Assembly: GCA_047601445.1 (NCBI GenBank)
Contig: JASGJH010000001.1
Location: forward strand, 1,824,001 to 1,888,000
Source: Myxococcales bacterium
Lineage (GTDB): Bacteria > Myxococcota_A > Polyangia > Polyangiales > DASUME01
DNA: 64,000 nucleotides
Reading direction: 5' to 3'
Shown here: in pieces, positions 18,262-28,506 of the stretch
Layout of the letters: the number at the start of each line of letters is the position of its first letter
How positions within the stretch are numbered: the stretch's first letter is position 1
Program-made: the position numbers and the translations under genes
Notes under the pieces: model-generated
What the model was told of the DNA's origin: nothing
Seen by the model: the letters and a program-made list of their open reading frames with translations, nothing else
The model's database searches: none

Positions 18262-19893
18262 GTGGCATCCGAAGAAGAGTTGATTCGCGCAAGGCGCGCC
18301 AAGTTCGAGAAGCTGGAGCAGGCTGGCACCCGGGCCTACCCCAACACCTTCCGCGGCGACGAGGCGGAGCGCAAAGAGGCGCTGGCGGTGGCCAACGACG
18401 AGGCACGCCGCGCTGCGCTACCCAGCGAGACCGATCTCAAGGGCGACGAGCGCAGCTACAGCTTGTTTGGTCGCGTGGCCGCCAAGCGCGGCCCGTTCCT
18501 GGTCATCCGCACGCCCTTCGGAGACATGCAGGCCTTGGTCCGCAAGGACAAGCTGAGCGAGGCCTCCGCCGCCCAGCTGGCCGCGGTCGACCTGAGCGAT
18601 TTCGTGGGCGTGCGCGGTCCGTTGATCCGCACCGGCACGGGCGCCGCGGCGGTTCGCGCCGACAGCTACGAACACGTGGGCAAGGCAGTCCTTCCGCCGC
18701 CGGACAAGTGGCACGGCCTGACGGACGTCGAGAAGCGCTACCGCGAGCGCTATGTCGATCTGTTCGCGAGCCCCGAGGTCGCCCAGGTGTTCCGTGCCCG
18801 CTCGTTGCTGGTGCGCTCCTTGCGCAGCTTCTTCGACGAGCGCGGCTTCTTGGAGGTGGAGACCCCGCTCTTGCACCCGCTGCGCGGCGGCGCCACCGCT
18901 AAGCCCTTCAACACCCACCACAACACCCTCGACATGAGCCTCTACCTGCGCATCGCGCCGGAGCTCTACCTCAAGCGCCTGTTGGTCGGTGGGCTGGAGC
19001 GCGTCTACGAGATCGGTCGCTGCTTCCGCAACGAAGGCGTCAGCACGCGGCATAACCCCGAGTTCACCATCCTCGAGTTCTACATGGCTTACGCCAACTG
19101 TGACGACCTGATCGGTCTCACGGAAAGCCTGTTGCGCTCGGTCGACGAGAACCTACGAGCCACCTTCCCTGCCCTCGCGGCGGAACGCGCTTTCGACCTA
19201 AGCGAACCGTTCGCGCGCGTGCCCATGCGCCAGGCCATCGCCGACCGCGTGGCACGCTCGGGCCAGGGCGAGCTCGCTCCCACCCCCTTCGACGGACTCA
19301 TCGATGGCGACGTGCTGCGCTCTCCCGAGAAGCTCGAGGCGTTGATCGCGAGTAAGCTCGACCAGCTGCCACCCGAAATGCGCGGTCCCCTGAAGAAGGC
19401 TCACAGCCACGGCGAGCGCATCTACGTGCTCTACGAGCTCCTGGCCGAACCCGACCTGCCCAAGCTCTACCGCAATCGCGACGGTTCCAAGTCTCTGCCC
19501 GTGTTCATCATGGAGTACCCCTTCGAGGTCTCCCCGCTGGCGCGCCGCAACGACCAAGATCCCGCGTTCGTCGATCGCTTCGAGCTCTTCGTCGAAGGCC
19601 GCGAAGTGGCCAATGCGTTCAGCGAGCTGAACGACCCCGAGGATCAGGCCAGTCGCTTCCGCAGCCAGCTCGACAACCGCGCCCGCGGTGATGACGAAGC
19701 CATGGACTTCGACGCCGACTACATCCGCGCGCTCTCCTACGGCATGCCCCCGGCGGCTGGCTTCGGGCTCGGCGTCGATCGCCTCGTGATGCTGCTCTGC
19801 AATCAGCCCTCCATCCGAGATGTCCTGTTGTTCCCGCTGATGCGCGCCGAGGCCAAGGCACCGACGCGTGAGCAGCCCCCGGAGGCTCGGTGA
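18262..19893 (+). CDS. lysS: Lysyl-tRNA synthetase (class II)
   Basis: DKWHGLTDVEKRYRERY, FLEVETP, YLRIAPELYLKRL, FRNEG, HNPEFT, GLGVDRL. Confidence 0.96.
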   Translation: MASEEELIRARRAKFEKLEQAGTRAYPNTFRGDEAERKEALAVANDEARRAALPSETDLKGDERSYSLFGRVAAKRGPFLVIRTPFGDMQALVRKDKLSEASAAQLAAVDLSDFVGVRGPLIRTGTGAAAVRADSYEHVGKAVLPPPDKWHGLTDVEKRYRERYVDLFASPEVAQVFRARSLLVRSLRSFFDERGFLEVETPLLHPLRGGATAKPFNTHHNTLDMSLYLRIAPELYLKRLLVGGLERVYEIGRCFRNEGVSTRHNPEFTILEFYMAYANCDDLIGLTESLLRSVDENLRATFPALAAERAFDLSEPFARVPMRQAIADRVARSGQGELAPTPFDGLIDGDVLRSPEKLEALIASKLDQLPPEMRGPLKKAHSHGERIYVLYELLAEPDLPKLYRNRDGSKSLPVFIMEYPFEVSPLARRNDQDPAFVDRFELFVEGREVANAFSELNDPEDQASRFRSQLDNRARGDDEAMDFDADYIRALSYGMPPAAGFGLGVDRLVMLLCNQPSIRDVLLFPLMRAEAKAPTREQPPEAR

Positions 19894-22085
19894 GGACCTC
19901 CACGGCGCCGGTCGCATTGCGTGGCGCCGTGGTGGCGGGCGGCCTTTCCGCCCTCGCGATATTGGGCATCGTCCTGGCCCACCCTGCTCCCTTCGATCGC
20001 CTGCGCGCCGCGGCTTTTCAGCCGGGCTATTGGGGCGTGGTCGCGGGTTACGTGGTGCTTGCGGGGCTCGCGCTGCGGTTGGCCGTGCGCAGCCAACGCA
20101 TGCCGCAGGGGATGCCCGGACGCCTGCGCACCGGCGTCTTGGCCTACGCCTTCCTGGCGCTCGGGCTGGGCGGCGCAAGTCTGTTCAGCGTACTGCTGAG
20201 AACGGCCCCGGAGCTCCCGCCCGGCACCCCCATCGGCCTCGAAGACGCCATTTTGATGTTCCCGCGTCCCCTCCAGATCGCCCTGGTGGTGTCGAGCGTG
20301 GTGGGTGGCGTGGGTGCCCTGGTGGGCTTGGTCTCGCTGATCGGCTTGTGGTTCCTGCTGCCACTCAAGCTGCGGGGCGTGCTGTTCGCGCTGGTCGACG
20401 TGCTGCTGCTGGGCGGTACCACGTGGCTCACCTGGAAGTTCAGCTTCCAGCCCACGAGCACGCAGCCGAACGACCTCGTGGGGCCGAGCGCGCGACTCCT
20501 GGTGACCTTCTTGTTCGGGGTCCGCATGGCGGCGCGCCTGTTGCCCTATGCACTCGACGGCATCGAAGGCATCGACTTCCGCTCCTTGGTCGCGGCACGC
20601 CACCTGCGCGCAAAGAAGAGCGGCTTCTTGGCCGCCATCAGCTTCCTCTCCATCCTGGCGGTCAGCGTGTCCTCCTGTGCCCTCACCACCACGCTCTCCG
20701 TGATGGGCGGCTTCCGCCAGGACCTGAAGCGCAAGATCCTCGGCAACAACGCGCACATCGTGGTCGATCAGCCCAACGGCAAGATCGGAACCTTCGAGCC
20801 TCTGGTCGAGACCACGCGCGGGGTCGCGGACGTCAAAGGAGTCTCCCCCTACGTCACGGGCGAGGTCATGATCTCGAGCGCGTCGAACTTGGCCGGCGCC
20901 GTGCTGCGAGGCATCGACGTGTCCCAGATCGGACAGGTCAGCGATCTCCCCCAGAACATGAAGGTGGGGAGCCTCGACTACCTGTCCCACCCCGAGAAGC
21001 TGCTGCGGCTACCGGCCACGCAGCTAGGCGTGAGCATCCTTCCCAAGGTCACGCGCGCGAACAGTGAGAGCGAGACCGATCGGCAGAAAGCTGCGCGCCT
21101 CACCAGGGAGCTCCGCGACATCCTCGGCGCCGACGCCGGTCTCGACCCCATCGAGGGCCTCGATGAAGAGGAAGAGGAAGAGGAAGAAGAAACCGAGGCA
21201 GCCGCACTGCTCGCCCCCAAACCGGGTACTCCGGAGGTCGAGCAACCCCACGTGGAAGGCGCGCAGCCAAGCGTGGTCAGTGCGGGTTCCAGTCTGCCCG
21301 GCATCGTCGTCGGCCAGGAGCTCGCGCGCAGCTTGAGGCTGTACCTCGGGGACGAAGTCAACGTCGTCACCCCCCTGGGCGATCTGGGACCGACCGGTCC
21401 GATGCCCAAATCGCGCGCCTTTCGCGTGGCCGGCATCTTCTACAGCGGCATGTACGAGTACGACATGAAGTTCGCGTACGTGACCCTGGAGGCCGCCCAA
21501 AAGTTCCTCGGAGCTCCCAGTGCCATCAGTGGCATCGAGGTCACCGTCAACGAACCCGAGCGCGCCCGTGAGACCGCGGCGCGCATCGAGAAGGCCCTGG
21601 CCCGGCCCGACCTACGGGTGCGCGGCTGGGAAGAGCTCAACAAGAACCTGTTCGGGGCGCTCGCGCTCGAAAAGCTCGCCATGTTCATCGCGCTGGGGCT
21701 CACCATCCTCGTGGCGAGCTTCTGCATTTTCAGCACGCTCACGTTGATGGTCCAGGAGAAGGGACGCGAGGTCGCCGTGCTCAAGGCGATGGGCGCGGCC
21801 GATCGTGCCATCGTGTCCATCTTCGTGCTCGAAGGCACCATGATCGCGGTGCTCGGTTCGTTCATGGGCCTGGCCATGGGTTACGTCATGTGCTTCGCCA
21901 TGGAGCACTTCGGCGTGCGCCTCAACCCCGAGGTCTATTACATTGACCGCCTGCCGGTTCACACCGACGGCAGCGAGTTCTTCACGGTCGGCCTGGCCGC
22001 CATGCTGGTCTGCGTGATCGTCACCATCTATCCCGCCAAACTTGCGTCACGCCTGCAACCCGTGGACGCCTTACGCTACGAATGA
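19890..22085 (+). CDS. lolE: LolC/E-family ABC permease with extra N-terminal multi-TM domain
   Basis: [65 protein letters not shown]; lies between lysS and lolD. Confidence 0.88.
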   Translation: MRTSTAPVALRGAVVAGGLSALAILGIVLAHPAPFDRLRAAAFQPGYWGVVAGYVVLAGLALRLAVRSQRMPQGMPGRLRTGVLAYAFLALGLGGASLFSVLLRTAPELPPGTPIGLEDAILMFPRPLQIALVVSSVVGGVGALVGLVSLIGLWFLLPLKLRGVLFALVDVLLLGGTTWLTWKFSFQPTSTQPNDLVGPSARLLVTFLFGVRMAARLLPYALDGIEGIDFRSLVAARHLRAKKSGFLAAISFLSILAVSVSSCALTTTLSVMGGFRQDLKRKILGNNAHIVVDQPNGKIGTFEPLVETTRGVADVKGVSPYVTGEVMISSASNLAGAVLRGIDVSQIGQVSDLPQNMKVGSLDYLSHPEKLLRLPATQLGVSILPKVTRANSESETDRQKAARLTRELRDILGADAGLDPIEGLDEEEEEEEEETEAAALLAPKPGTPEVEQPHVEGAQPSVVSAGSSLPGIVVGQELARSLRLYLGDEVNVVTPLGDLGPTGPMPKSRAFRVAGIFYSGMYEYDMKFAYVTLEAAQKFLGAPSAISGIEVTVNEPERARETAARIEKALARPDLRVRGWEELNKNLFGALALEKLAMFIALGLTILVASFCIFSTLTLMVQEKGREVAVLKAMGAADRAIVSIFVLEGTMIAVLGSFMGLAMGYVMCFAMEHFGVRLNPEVYYIDRLPVHTDGSEFFTVGLAAMLVCVIVTIYPAKLASRLQPVDALRYE

Positions 22086-22104
22086 GCCGCTACGAGTGAG
22101 CCCC

Positions 22105-22845
22105 ATGGCCGAGCCTGTCGCAAAGTCGCTTCCGCTGGTAGAAGTCCGAGGTGTCACCAAGCGCTTCTTTCACGAGGGGCGCGAGCTGGTCATCCTGAAC
22201 CCCATCGAGCTCACCATCGAGCGCGGTGAGATGCTGAGTATCGTGGGAGCTTCAGGCGCCGGGAAGAGCACGCTGCTGCATCTGCTCGGGACCCTCGATC
22301 TCCCGTCCGAGGGGCACATCCTGTTCGAGGGTCAGGACGTCACGGCCTACTCGAGCTCCCAGCTGGCGCAGTTCCGCAACGCGACCCTGGGCTTCGTCTT
22401 CCAGTTCCATCACCTGCTGCCCGAGTTCTCTGCCCTGGAGAACGTGCTGATGCCGGGCCTCATCCGCGGGCTCGCGCGCAGCAAGCTGGAGCCCCGGGCC
22501 CGCGAATTGCTCAACGAAGTGGGCCTCACGCACCGCCTGGCACATCGCCCCGGGGAGCTCTCGGGGGGCGAGCAACAGCGCGTGGCCCTGGCGCGCGCTC
22601 TGGTCATGGATCCGAAACTGGTGCTAGCGGACGAACCCACGGGCAACCTGGATTCGGCCACCAGTGAGGCCATCCACGAGCTGTTTTTCCGGCTGAACCG
22701 TAGCCACGGCACCACCTTTCTGATCGTCACCCACAGTCGTGATCTCGCGGCGCGCATGCCGCGCGTGGTGCACATGCGCGACGGTCGGATCGAGCGCGAC
22801 GAACGCCGGAACTCACCTTCCTCCGAGGGTGGCTTGGCCAGCTGA
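22105..22845 (+). CDS. lolD: Lipoprotein-releasing ABC ATPase LolD
   Basis: [47 protein letters not shown]. Confidence 0.93.
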   Translation: MAEPVAKSLPLVEVRGVTKRFFHEGRELVILNPIELTIERGEMLSIVGASGAGKSTLLHLLGTLDLPSEGHILFEGQDVTAYSSSQLAQFRNATLGFVFQFHHLLPEFSALENVLMPGLIRGLARSKLEPRARELLNEVGLTHRLAHRPGELSGGEQQRVALARALVMDPKLVLADEPTGNLDSATSEAIHELFFRLNRSHGTTFLIVTHSRDLAARMPRVVHMRDGRIERDERRNSPSSEGGLAS

Positions 22846-22855
22846 GCAGGGGCCG

Positions 22856-22872
22856 GACGGCCTCCGTTTTTG
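22856..22872 (+). terminator. Possible weak intrinsic terminator after lolD
   Basis: GACGG-cct-CCGTT followed by a T run. Confidence 0.3.
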
Positions 22873-23040
22873 GTGGCGGCTCGAGTCGCCCAGCGCTCGC
22901 TGCGACCCGGTCCCCAATCTCGAAATTTCCCAGAATCTGCACGCCCTTTCGCTGCGCTCAGGACTGGCGCCCAGAACCCTCACGGGCTACACCGGCCCTG
23001 CCTCGGGGCAAGCCCGCCTCGGCTGATCTTGCACCACGGC

Positions 23041-25695
23041 ATGAAGCGCCTCGTCACGCTCCTCGCACTCATCGCGATCGCTCTCGCTGCGTTCGCAGGC
23101 GACGCGCATGCGCAGTTCGGCCAGAAGAAACCCGAGCCGAAACCGGCCCCCAAAGCACCTCCGCCTCCTCCGCCCGAACCGGAGCCCGAAGCGCAGTTCG
23201 AGCCCGAAGCGCCCGTCGCGCCGGCAGAGCCTGTCGGCCCGGCTGCCACGCAGCCCGCCTGGGAAGAAGATGCCGGAGCGCCCGAAGAAGCCGCGGCGGA
23301 AGAAGAGCAAGAGATCGCCCCGCGCGCCGAAGCACCCACCGTGATGGTGCCGCGTACCATCTGCGAAGGACGTCGCATCGGCGCCGTCGAGGTCAGTGGC
23401 AACGGCCGCGTGTCGGCGGACGACGTGCGCGCCAGCATGAAGCTCAAGCCGGGCCTCAACTGCAGCGATGCCGAGGTGGCCCGAGACGCCAAAGCGCTCT
23501 GGGATCTGGGCTATTTCGACGATTTGATCTTCCGCGCCCGCCTCGAGGGCGAGCTCGTGATCCTCAACCTCGAGGTCAAGGAGCGCCCCGCGATCGGCAA
23601 GATCACCTTCGAAGGCGACGACGAGATCGACGAAGAGGACATCGACGAGAAGGTCACGCTCGAAGTCGGCGCCATCCTGGTGGAGAACGAGGTCCGCGAC
23701 CAGATCCCCAAGATCCGCGACGTGTACGCCGAGGAGGGCTTTTTCCTGGCCAAGGTCAGCTACCGGCTGATCGCCATGCCCAACAACCAGGTGAACGTTC
23801 GCTTCGACATCGTGGAGGGTCCCGAGGTCTCGGTGCGTCGCATCCAGTTCGTGGGGAACGACCACCTGAGCGACGACGACATCCTCGAGTTCATGCGCAC
23901 GCACCCCACGGGGTTCTTCTCGTTCTTGAACTCGAACGACACCTTCAAGCGCGAGTTCTTCGACGAGGACGTGCTGCGCATCCAGGCCCTCTACTACGAC
24001 AAGGGCTACCTCAACGTGCAGGTGCTGCCGCCGCGCGTGGAGCTCACGCCGGACCGTCAGCAAATCGACATCACCATCCCCATCAAGGAAGGTCCGCGCT
24101 TCAGGATCGGCCGCCTGCGCGTGGTGGAGTACGACAACAACGGCAACGAGGTCGAGCCGCTGGGCGGACGCCGCGCAGTGCGCGAGAAGGTCACCGCGCA
24201 ACCCGGGGACTGGTTCAGCCGCACCAAGTTGTCCGAGGGCATCGAGGGCATCACCCGCCACTACCGCGACGAGAGCTTCGCCAAGGTCGAGGTCGAACCC
24301 GAGACGCAGCTCGAACCCGAGCGCAACACCGTGCACATCACGGTGGGCATCCGGCGCGGCCCCGAGTGTCACGTCGAGCGCATCGAAATCCAGGGCAATG
24401 ACAAGACACGCGACCGCGTGATCCGCCGCGAAATCCTGATCACCGAGGGCGAGAAGTACAGCCAGTCGATGGTCGAGCGCAGCAAGGACCGCATCACGGC
24501 CCTCGGCTACTTCGAGCGCGTGGACATGTCGGAGGCCGACGGCGCGACCCCCGACGGGCTCATCATCACCTACGAGGTGAAGGAACGCGCCACCGGTACG
24601 TTCCAGGTCGGCGCGGGCTTCTCCTCGATCGAGCAGTTCATCCTGACAGCCCAGGTCGACCAGCAGAACCTGTTCGGCCATGGCCAGTCGCTGTCCTTGC
24701 AAGCGCAGATCTCGGGCATTCGCCAGCTGGTCCAGATTCAGTTCGTCGAGCCCTATTTGATGAGCACCATGTGGTCGCTCTCGGTCGACGGCACGCGCAC
24801 CAGCAACGCCTTCCAGGCCTTCACCACGCGCACTACGGGCGGCGGCCTCACGCTCGGTCACCCGGTGTTCAGTCGCAACCTGCGTCTGGCCCTGCGCTAC
24901 AGCGCGGACTTCGTCGAAGTCGGCGCCACCACGGGTGGCTTTTTCACCGCAAGTGCCCAAGGTGCCGCAGCACAGCAGCGGACCCCGTTGGCCAACACCC
25001 AGCTCGGCGGCTTCACGAGCGCGCTGCGCCTCTCCCTCACCTGGGACTCGCGCGACAACCGTATGTTCCCGACCAAGGGCATCTACTCCTCGCTCTCGCA
25101 GGAAGTCGCGGACCCGTGGCTCGGCTCGCAGCGAACCTTCGCCCGCACCAAGTTTTTCGCACGCTTCTACTACCCGTTGTTCTGGGGCATGGTGCTCCGC
25201 CTCAACACCGAGGCCGGCCTCATCACCTCACGCAACCCCAAAGGCGTGCCGCTCTACGAGCGCTTCTACCTGGGTGGCATTCTCAGCGTTCGTGGGTTCC
25301 CCTATTGGGGCCTGGGACCGCGCGCCTACTTTCCGTCCACGGTAGATCCGAACGCACCGAACGTCTCCACCCGCATCGGCGGCAACGCACTCTTGCGCTC
25401 CAACTTGGAGCTCGAGTTCCCCATCCTGACGTCGGTGGGCATCAAGGGCGTCATCTTCACCGACGCTGGCAACGTGTGGAACCTCGAGAAGCAGAAGTGC
25501 GACCTGCCCGAGGAGCCGATGCAGGACAACGCCCGAAAGGTCTGCGGCTTCAACAAGCTCCGATACTCCTGGGGCTTCGGCGTGCGCTGGTTCTCTCCGA
25601 TGGGCCCGTTGCGCTTCGAGTGGGGCTTCCCCATCGCCCGCCGCTCCTACGACGACAAGGTCAACTTCCAGTTCACCATCGGCCAGTTCTTCTAG
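23041..25695 (+). CDS. bamA: Outer membrane protein assembly factor BamA
   Basis: Signal peptide, Pro/Glu linker, POTRA repeats (GNDKTRDRVIRRE), ERFYLGG..SVRGF, GVRWFSPMGPLRFEWG, terminal FQFTIGQFF. Confidence 0.96.
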   Translation: MKRLVTLLALIAIALAAFAGDAHAQFGQKKPEPKPAPKAPPPPPPEPEPEAQFEPEAPVAPAEPVGPAATQPAWEEDAGAPEEAAAEEEQEIAPRAEAPTVMVPRTICEGRRIGAVEVSGNGRVSADDVRASMKLKPGLNCSDAEVARDAKALWDLGYFDDLIFRARLEGELVILNLEVKERPAIGKITFEGDDEIDEEDIDEKVTLEVGAILVENEVRDQIPKIRDVYAEEGFFLAKVSYRLIAMPNNQVNVRFDIVEGPEVSVRRIQFVGNDHLSDDDILEFMRTHPTGFFSFLNSNDTFKREFFDEDVLRIQALYYDKGYLNVQVLPPRVELTPDRQQIDITIPIKEGPRFRIGRLRVVEYDNNGNEVEPLGGRRAVREKVTAQPGDWFSRTKLSEGIEGITRHYRDESFAKVEVEPETQLEPERNTVHITVGIRRGPECHVERIEIQGNDKTRDRVIRREILITEGEKYSQSMVERSKDRITALGYFERVDMSEADGATPDGLIITYEVKERATGTFQVGAGFSSIEQFILTAQVDQQNLFGHGQSLSLQAQISGIRQLVQIQFVEPYLMSTMWSLSVDGTRTSNAFQAFTTRTTGGGLTLGHPVFSRNLRLALRYSADFVEVGATTGGFFTASAQGAAAQQRTPLANTQLGGFTSALRLSLTWDSRDNRMFPTKGIYSSLSQEVADPWLGSQRTFARTKFFARFYYPLFWGMVLRLNTEAGLITSRNPKGVPLYERFYLGGILSVRGFPYWGLGPRAYFPSTVDPNAPNVSTRIGGNALLRSNLELEFPILTSVGIKGVIFTDAGNVWNLEKQKCDLPEEPMQDNARKVCGFNKLRYSWGFGVRWFSPMGPLRFEWGFPIARRSYDDKVNFQFTIGQFF

Positions 25696-25700
25696 TTTTC

Positions 25701-25780
25701 GGGGAGGTCACGCGACCTCCCCGCCCGTCGCGGCAAAGCCGCGCCGCGGCCCACCCCGCCGCGAGGTTCGCTGCGCTCAC
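25701..25780 (+). repeat. Dispersed ~80-bp palindromic (REP/MITE-like) repeat, copy 1
   Basis: Hairpin GGGGAGGTC-ACGC-GACCTCCCC ... GCGAGGTTCGCTGCGCTCAC; 75/80 identical (hand alignment) to the reverse complement of 55409-55488. Confidence 0.9.
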
Positions 25781-25804
25781 GGAGTGCTCTCTCCTTCCAG
25801 GAGC

Positions 25805-25853
25805 GAGGTCACGCGACCTCCCCGCCCGTCGCGAGGTTCGCTGCGCTCACGAG
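25805..25853 (+). repeat. Repeat copy 2 (internally deleted)
   Basis: GAGGTCACGCGACCTCCCCGCCCGTCGCG joined directly to AGGTTCGCTGCGCTCACG. Confidence 0.85.
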
Positions 25854-26021
25854 TCCCGCCAGCCGGCCTGCATGGGGCACGTGCGCTCCGCGCCAGCTCG
25901 CCTGGGGCAATCTGGCAGGCCGTAAAAAGACCTGTGAATCCGGCCAGGAGCTCGGGCGTCCGCGCCTTCGTGTGCGCGCCTGCCAGCATGTTTCGAGTTA
26001 GGCACGCCGCCTGCTTCCTGC

Positions 26022-26050
26022 TTGACCGGACCATGCCCAGCAGGTAGCAA
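26022..26050 (+). promoter_or_regulatory. Putative sigma70-type promoter for skp
   Basis: TTGACC-N17-TAGCAA. Confidence 0.35.
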
Positions 26051-26077
26051 CCCGCCCAGAAGAAAAGGAATTTCTCC

Positions 26078-26680
26078 ATGACTCTCAAGCTCGGCCTTGC
26101 CCGCTCCATCCTGTCTCTGCTCGCCGTGCTCGTGCTCTCGGGGCTCATGCCCAAGGCTGCGTTCGCGCAGGCCGCCAAGATTGGCGTGGTCGACCTTCAG
26201 CGCGCCATCAACGAGACCGAAGACGGCCGCAAGTCGAAGGACAAGCTCAAGAAGCTTTTCGAGAGCCGTCAGACGGGCCTCGACAAGAAGCAAGAGGACC
26301 TCAAGAAGCTCAAGGAAGAGATCGAGAAGCAGCAGAGCCTGTGGACGCCCGAGGTTCGCCAGCAGAAGATCGAGTCCTATCAGAAGCAACTTGTGGACCT
26401 GCAGCAGATCTACGTGGACTACCAGCGGGAGCTCGCGGAGAAGGAAGGCGAGCTCACCAAGACCATCGTGGAGCGCATGGAGAAGATCTTGCGCCGCATC
26501 GGTCAGACCGACGGCTACACGCTGATCATGGAGCGCAGTGAGGCAGGCATCATCTACGTGCCCACCAATCTCGACCTCACGGACATCGTGATCCAGCGCT
26601 ACAACGCCGGCGAAGGCGCCGAGGCCACGCCCAAGGCGGCGGCTCCTGCCAAGCCCGCCGCGCCCGCCAAGCCCAAGTGA
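26078..26680 (+). CDS. skp: OmpH/Skp periplasmic chaperone
   Basis: Signal peptide, KIGVVDLQRAI, long coiled coil, DLTDIVIQRYN; follows bamA. Confidence 0.93.
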   Translation: MTLKLGLARSILSLLAVLVLSGLMPKAAFAQAAKIGVVDLQRAINETEDGRKSKDKLKKLFESRQTGLDKKQEDLKKLKEEIEKQQSLWTPEVRQQKIESYQKQLVDLQQIYVDYQRELAEKEGELTKTIVERMEKILRRIGQTDGYTLIMERSEAGIIYVPTNLDLTDIVIQRYNAGEGAEATPKAAAPAKPAAPAKPK

Positions 26681-26743
26681 CGCAGCGCGCGGAGGCAAAG
26701 GCTCAGTCGCTCTGAGCCGCCCCGCGCCCTCGAATCAAAGCGC

Positions 26744-26822
26744 CTCGTGAGCGCGCGAACCTCGCCTCGGGTGGTCCCAAGAGGCAGAGCCGCGACGGGC
26801 GGGAGGGCGCGTGCCCTCCCCC
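26744..26822 (-). repeat. Repeat copy 3 (diverged, inverted)
   Basis: Reverse complement reads GGGGAGGGCACGCGCCCTCCCGCCCGTCGCGGC...CCAC...GCGAGGTTCGCGCGCTCACGAG. Confidence 0.8.
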
Positions 26823-26891
26823 TGCGGTGACGAACGCGCACTCCCATGACGTGGCAAGCGCGCCCGTGATAACCTGGACGCTGACTTCCCC

Positions 26892-27359
26892 ATGAGTACG
26901 AGCACGTCACTCACGTTCGATCTTCCGCAGATTCTGCGCATCCTCCCGCATCGCGCGCCCTTCGTGCTGCTCGACCGCGTGATCGACATCCAGCCGCGGA
27001 AGAGCGCGCGCGCGCTGAAGTGCGTGACCTACAACGAGCCGTTCTTCCCGGGGCACTTCCCTGGCAAGCCCATCTTCCCGGGTGTGCTCATGCTGGAGGC
27101 CTTGGCTCAGCTCATCGGGGTGCTCGCGTACGCCTCCGAGCCCTTCGATAGCAACCAGAAGATCATGTACTTCATGGGCATCGACAAGGCTCGGTTCAGG
27201 GCGCCGGTGGTGCCGGGAGACCGCATGGTGCTCGACGTGCAGGTGCTGCAGCGCAAGTCCAACATCTGGAAATGCGCGGGCGCGGCCAGCGTGGACGACG
27301 CCGTGTGCGCCGAGGCCGAGCTGCTCGCGGCCATCGTCGATCGCGAAGACCGCACCTAG
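26892..27359 (+). CDS. fabZ: 3-hydroxyacyl-ACP dehydratase
   Basis: ILPHRAPFVLLDRV, NEPFFPGHFPGKPIFPGVLMLEALAQ, ARFRAPVVPGD. Confidence 0.96.
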   Translation: MSTSTSLTFDLPQILRILPHRAPFVLLDRVIDIQPRKSARALKCVTYNEPFFPGHFPGKPIFPGVLMLEALAQLIGVLAYASEPFDSNQKIMYFMGIDKARFRAPVVPGDRMVLDVQVLQRKSNIWKCAGAASVDDAVCAEAELLAAIVDREDRT

Positions 27360-27384
27360 CGCGCGCGCGCAGACTCGCGGGACC

Positions 27385-28338
27385 TCAGCCGAGCTTGGCT
27401 TCCAGCTGCTCGGAGCTCAGCTGCTCCACGACGTCCAGGCGCAGCAGGAAGCGCTGAAAGCTCTTGTAGCCAGGCGGATAGGTGCCCTTGAGGTGTACGT
27501 CGATGATGCGTGTGGTGGCGAAGCGCAGGCAGGCCAGCCGCATGCTCCACCAGAGCCCCGGCCACTCGCCCGCGGCGAACTCGCGCTCACTGCGGTAGCC
27601 GCGCACCATGGCGCGCGCGAGCTCCCAATCCAGCGTGTCCCCACAACACCAGGCGAGCATCGTCACCGCCAGGTCGTAGATCACGGTGCCGTGGCTCGCG
27701 CTCTCCCAATCGAGCAGAGCGGCGATGTCGGGGCCTTGCCAGAGCACGTTGTCGCGGAAGAGGTCGCCGTGGACCACGCCCTGAGGAAGCTGCGGATAGC
27801 GGGCCGATAGCTCCGCGTGGAGGGCCCGTAGGCGCGCCACCGGAGCGGTCAGCTCAGGACGTTGCTGCGCGCTTGCCCGGTCGAGCAGGCGCGCCACGTC
27901 GGTCAAGCCAAAGCGGCCTTGGCGCACGATCGGAAAGTCCTCGCCCGCCTTGCTGGCGCGCGCGAGTGCCGCGCCCACGGCCTCTGCGCGCTGCGCGTCG
28001 ACGCGCGCCTGGCAAAGGTCCTCACCCGCCACGGCGTGAAACACCGCCACGGGTCGTCCAGAGACGCGAAGCTCACCCGGCCCGGGGCCCTTGACCCGCG
28101 GGGGCACGCGCACGCCGCGCGCCGTGAGGTGATCGAGCAAGGCCCATTCGTAGGCCACGCCGTCGGCCTCCTGTTGCTCGTAGAGGCGCACGAAGACGCG
28201 TCCCTGATCCGTCTCCAGGAAGTAGTTGGAGTTCACGGTGCCCGCGGACACACCGATGATCTCGCGACAGCCACCGAGCCCGTGGGCGCCAGCGATCCGA
28301 GCGCCGTCTTCTGGACTGATGGGGGTAAACGTAGCCAT
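27385..28338 (-). CDS. thrB: Homoserine kinase type II (APH-like fold)
   Basis: MATFT, GTVNSNYFLET, GVVHGDLFRDNVLW, LLDW, YDLAV, CLRF..TR; GGAGG SD. Confidence 0.85.
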   Translation of the reverse strand: MATFTPISPEDGARIAGAHGLGGCREIIGVSAGTVNSNYFLETDQGRVFVRLYEQQEADGVAYEWALLDHLTARGVRVPPRVKGPGPGELRVSGRPVAVFHAVAGEDLCQARVDAQRAEAVGAALARASKAGEDFPIVRQGRFGLTDVARLLDRASAQQRPELTAPVARLRALHAELSARYPQLPQGVVHGDLFRDNVLWQGPDIAALLDWESASHGTVIYDLAVTMLAWCCGDTLDWELARAMVRGYRSEREFAAGEWPGLWWSMRLACLRFATTRIIDVHLKGTYPPGYKSFQRFLLRLDVVEQLSSEQLEAKLG

Positions 28339-28506
28339 GGACCTACAACCTCCGAAGGGCGCCCCGGTGTACCATGTGGGCCCTGAGAACGCCCTGGCTT
28401 ACCTCCAAGTTCTCCTTTGAGCGCCGAACTTTACACCCCGATCGTTGGATGGTATTGGCCATCTCAAGTGTGGCGCGTATGGGCGCCCACGGGGGGCAGG
28501 CACGTT

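Noticed and set aside
21165..21192. GAAGAG tandem repeat as a phase-variation tract
   Set aside because: It is an in-frame poly-Glu with unit lengths that are multiples of three, so slippage would not switch expression.
25701..25853. Possible CRISPR array from the two adjacent palindromic repeats
   Set aside because: Only two unequal units, dispersed inverted copies elsewhere, no regular spacers and no cas genes.
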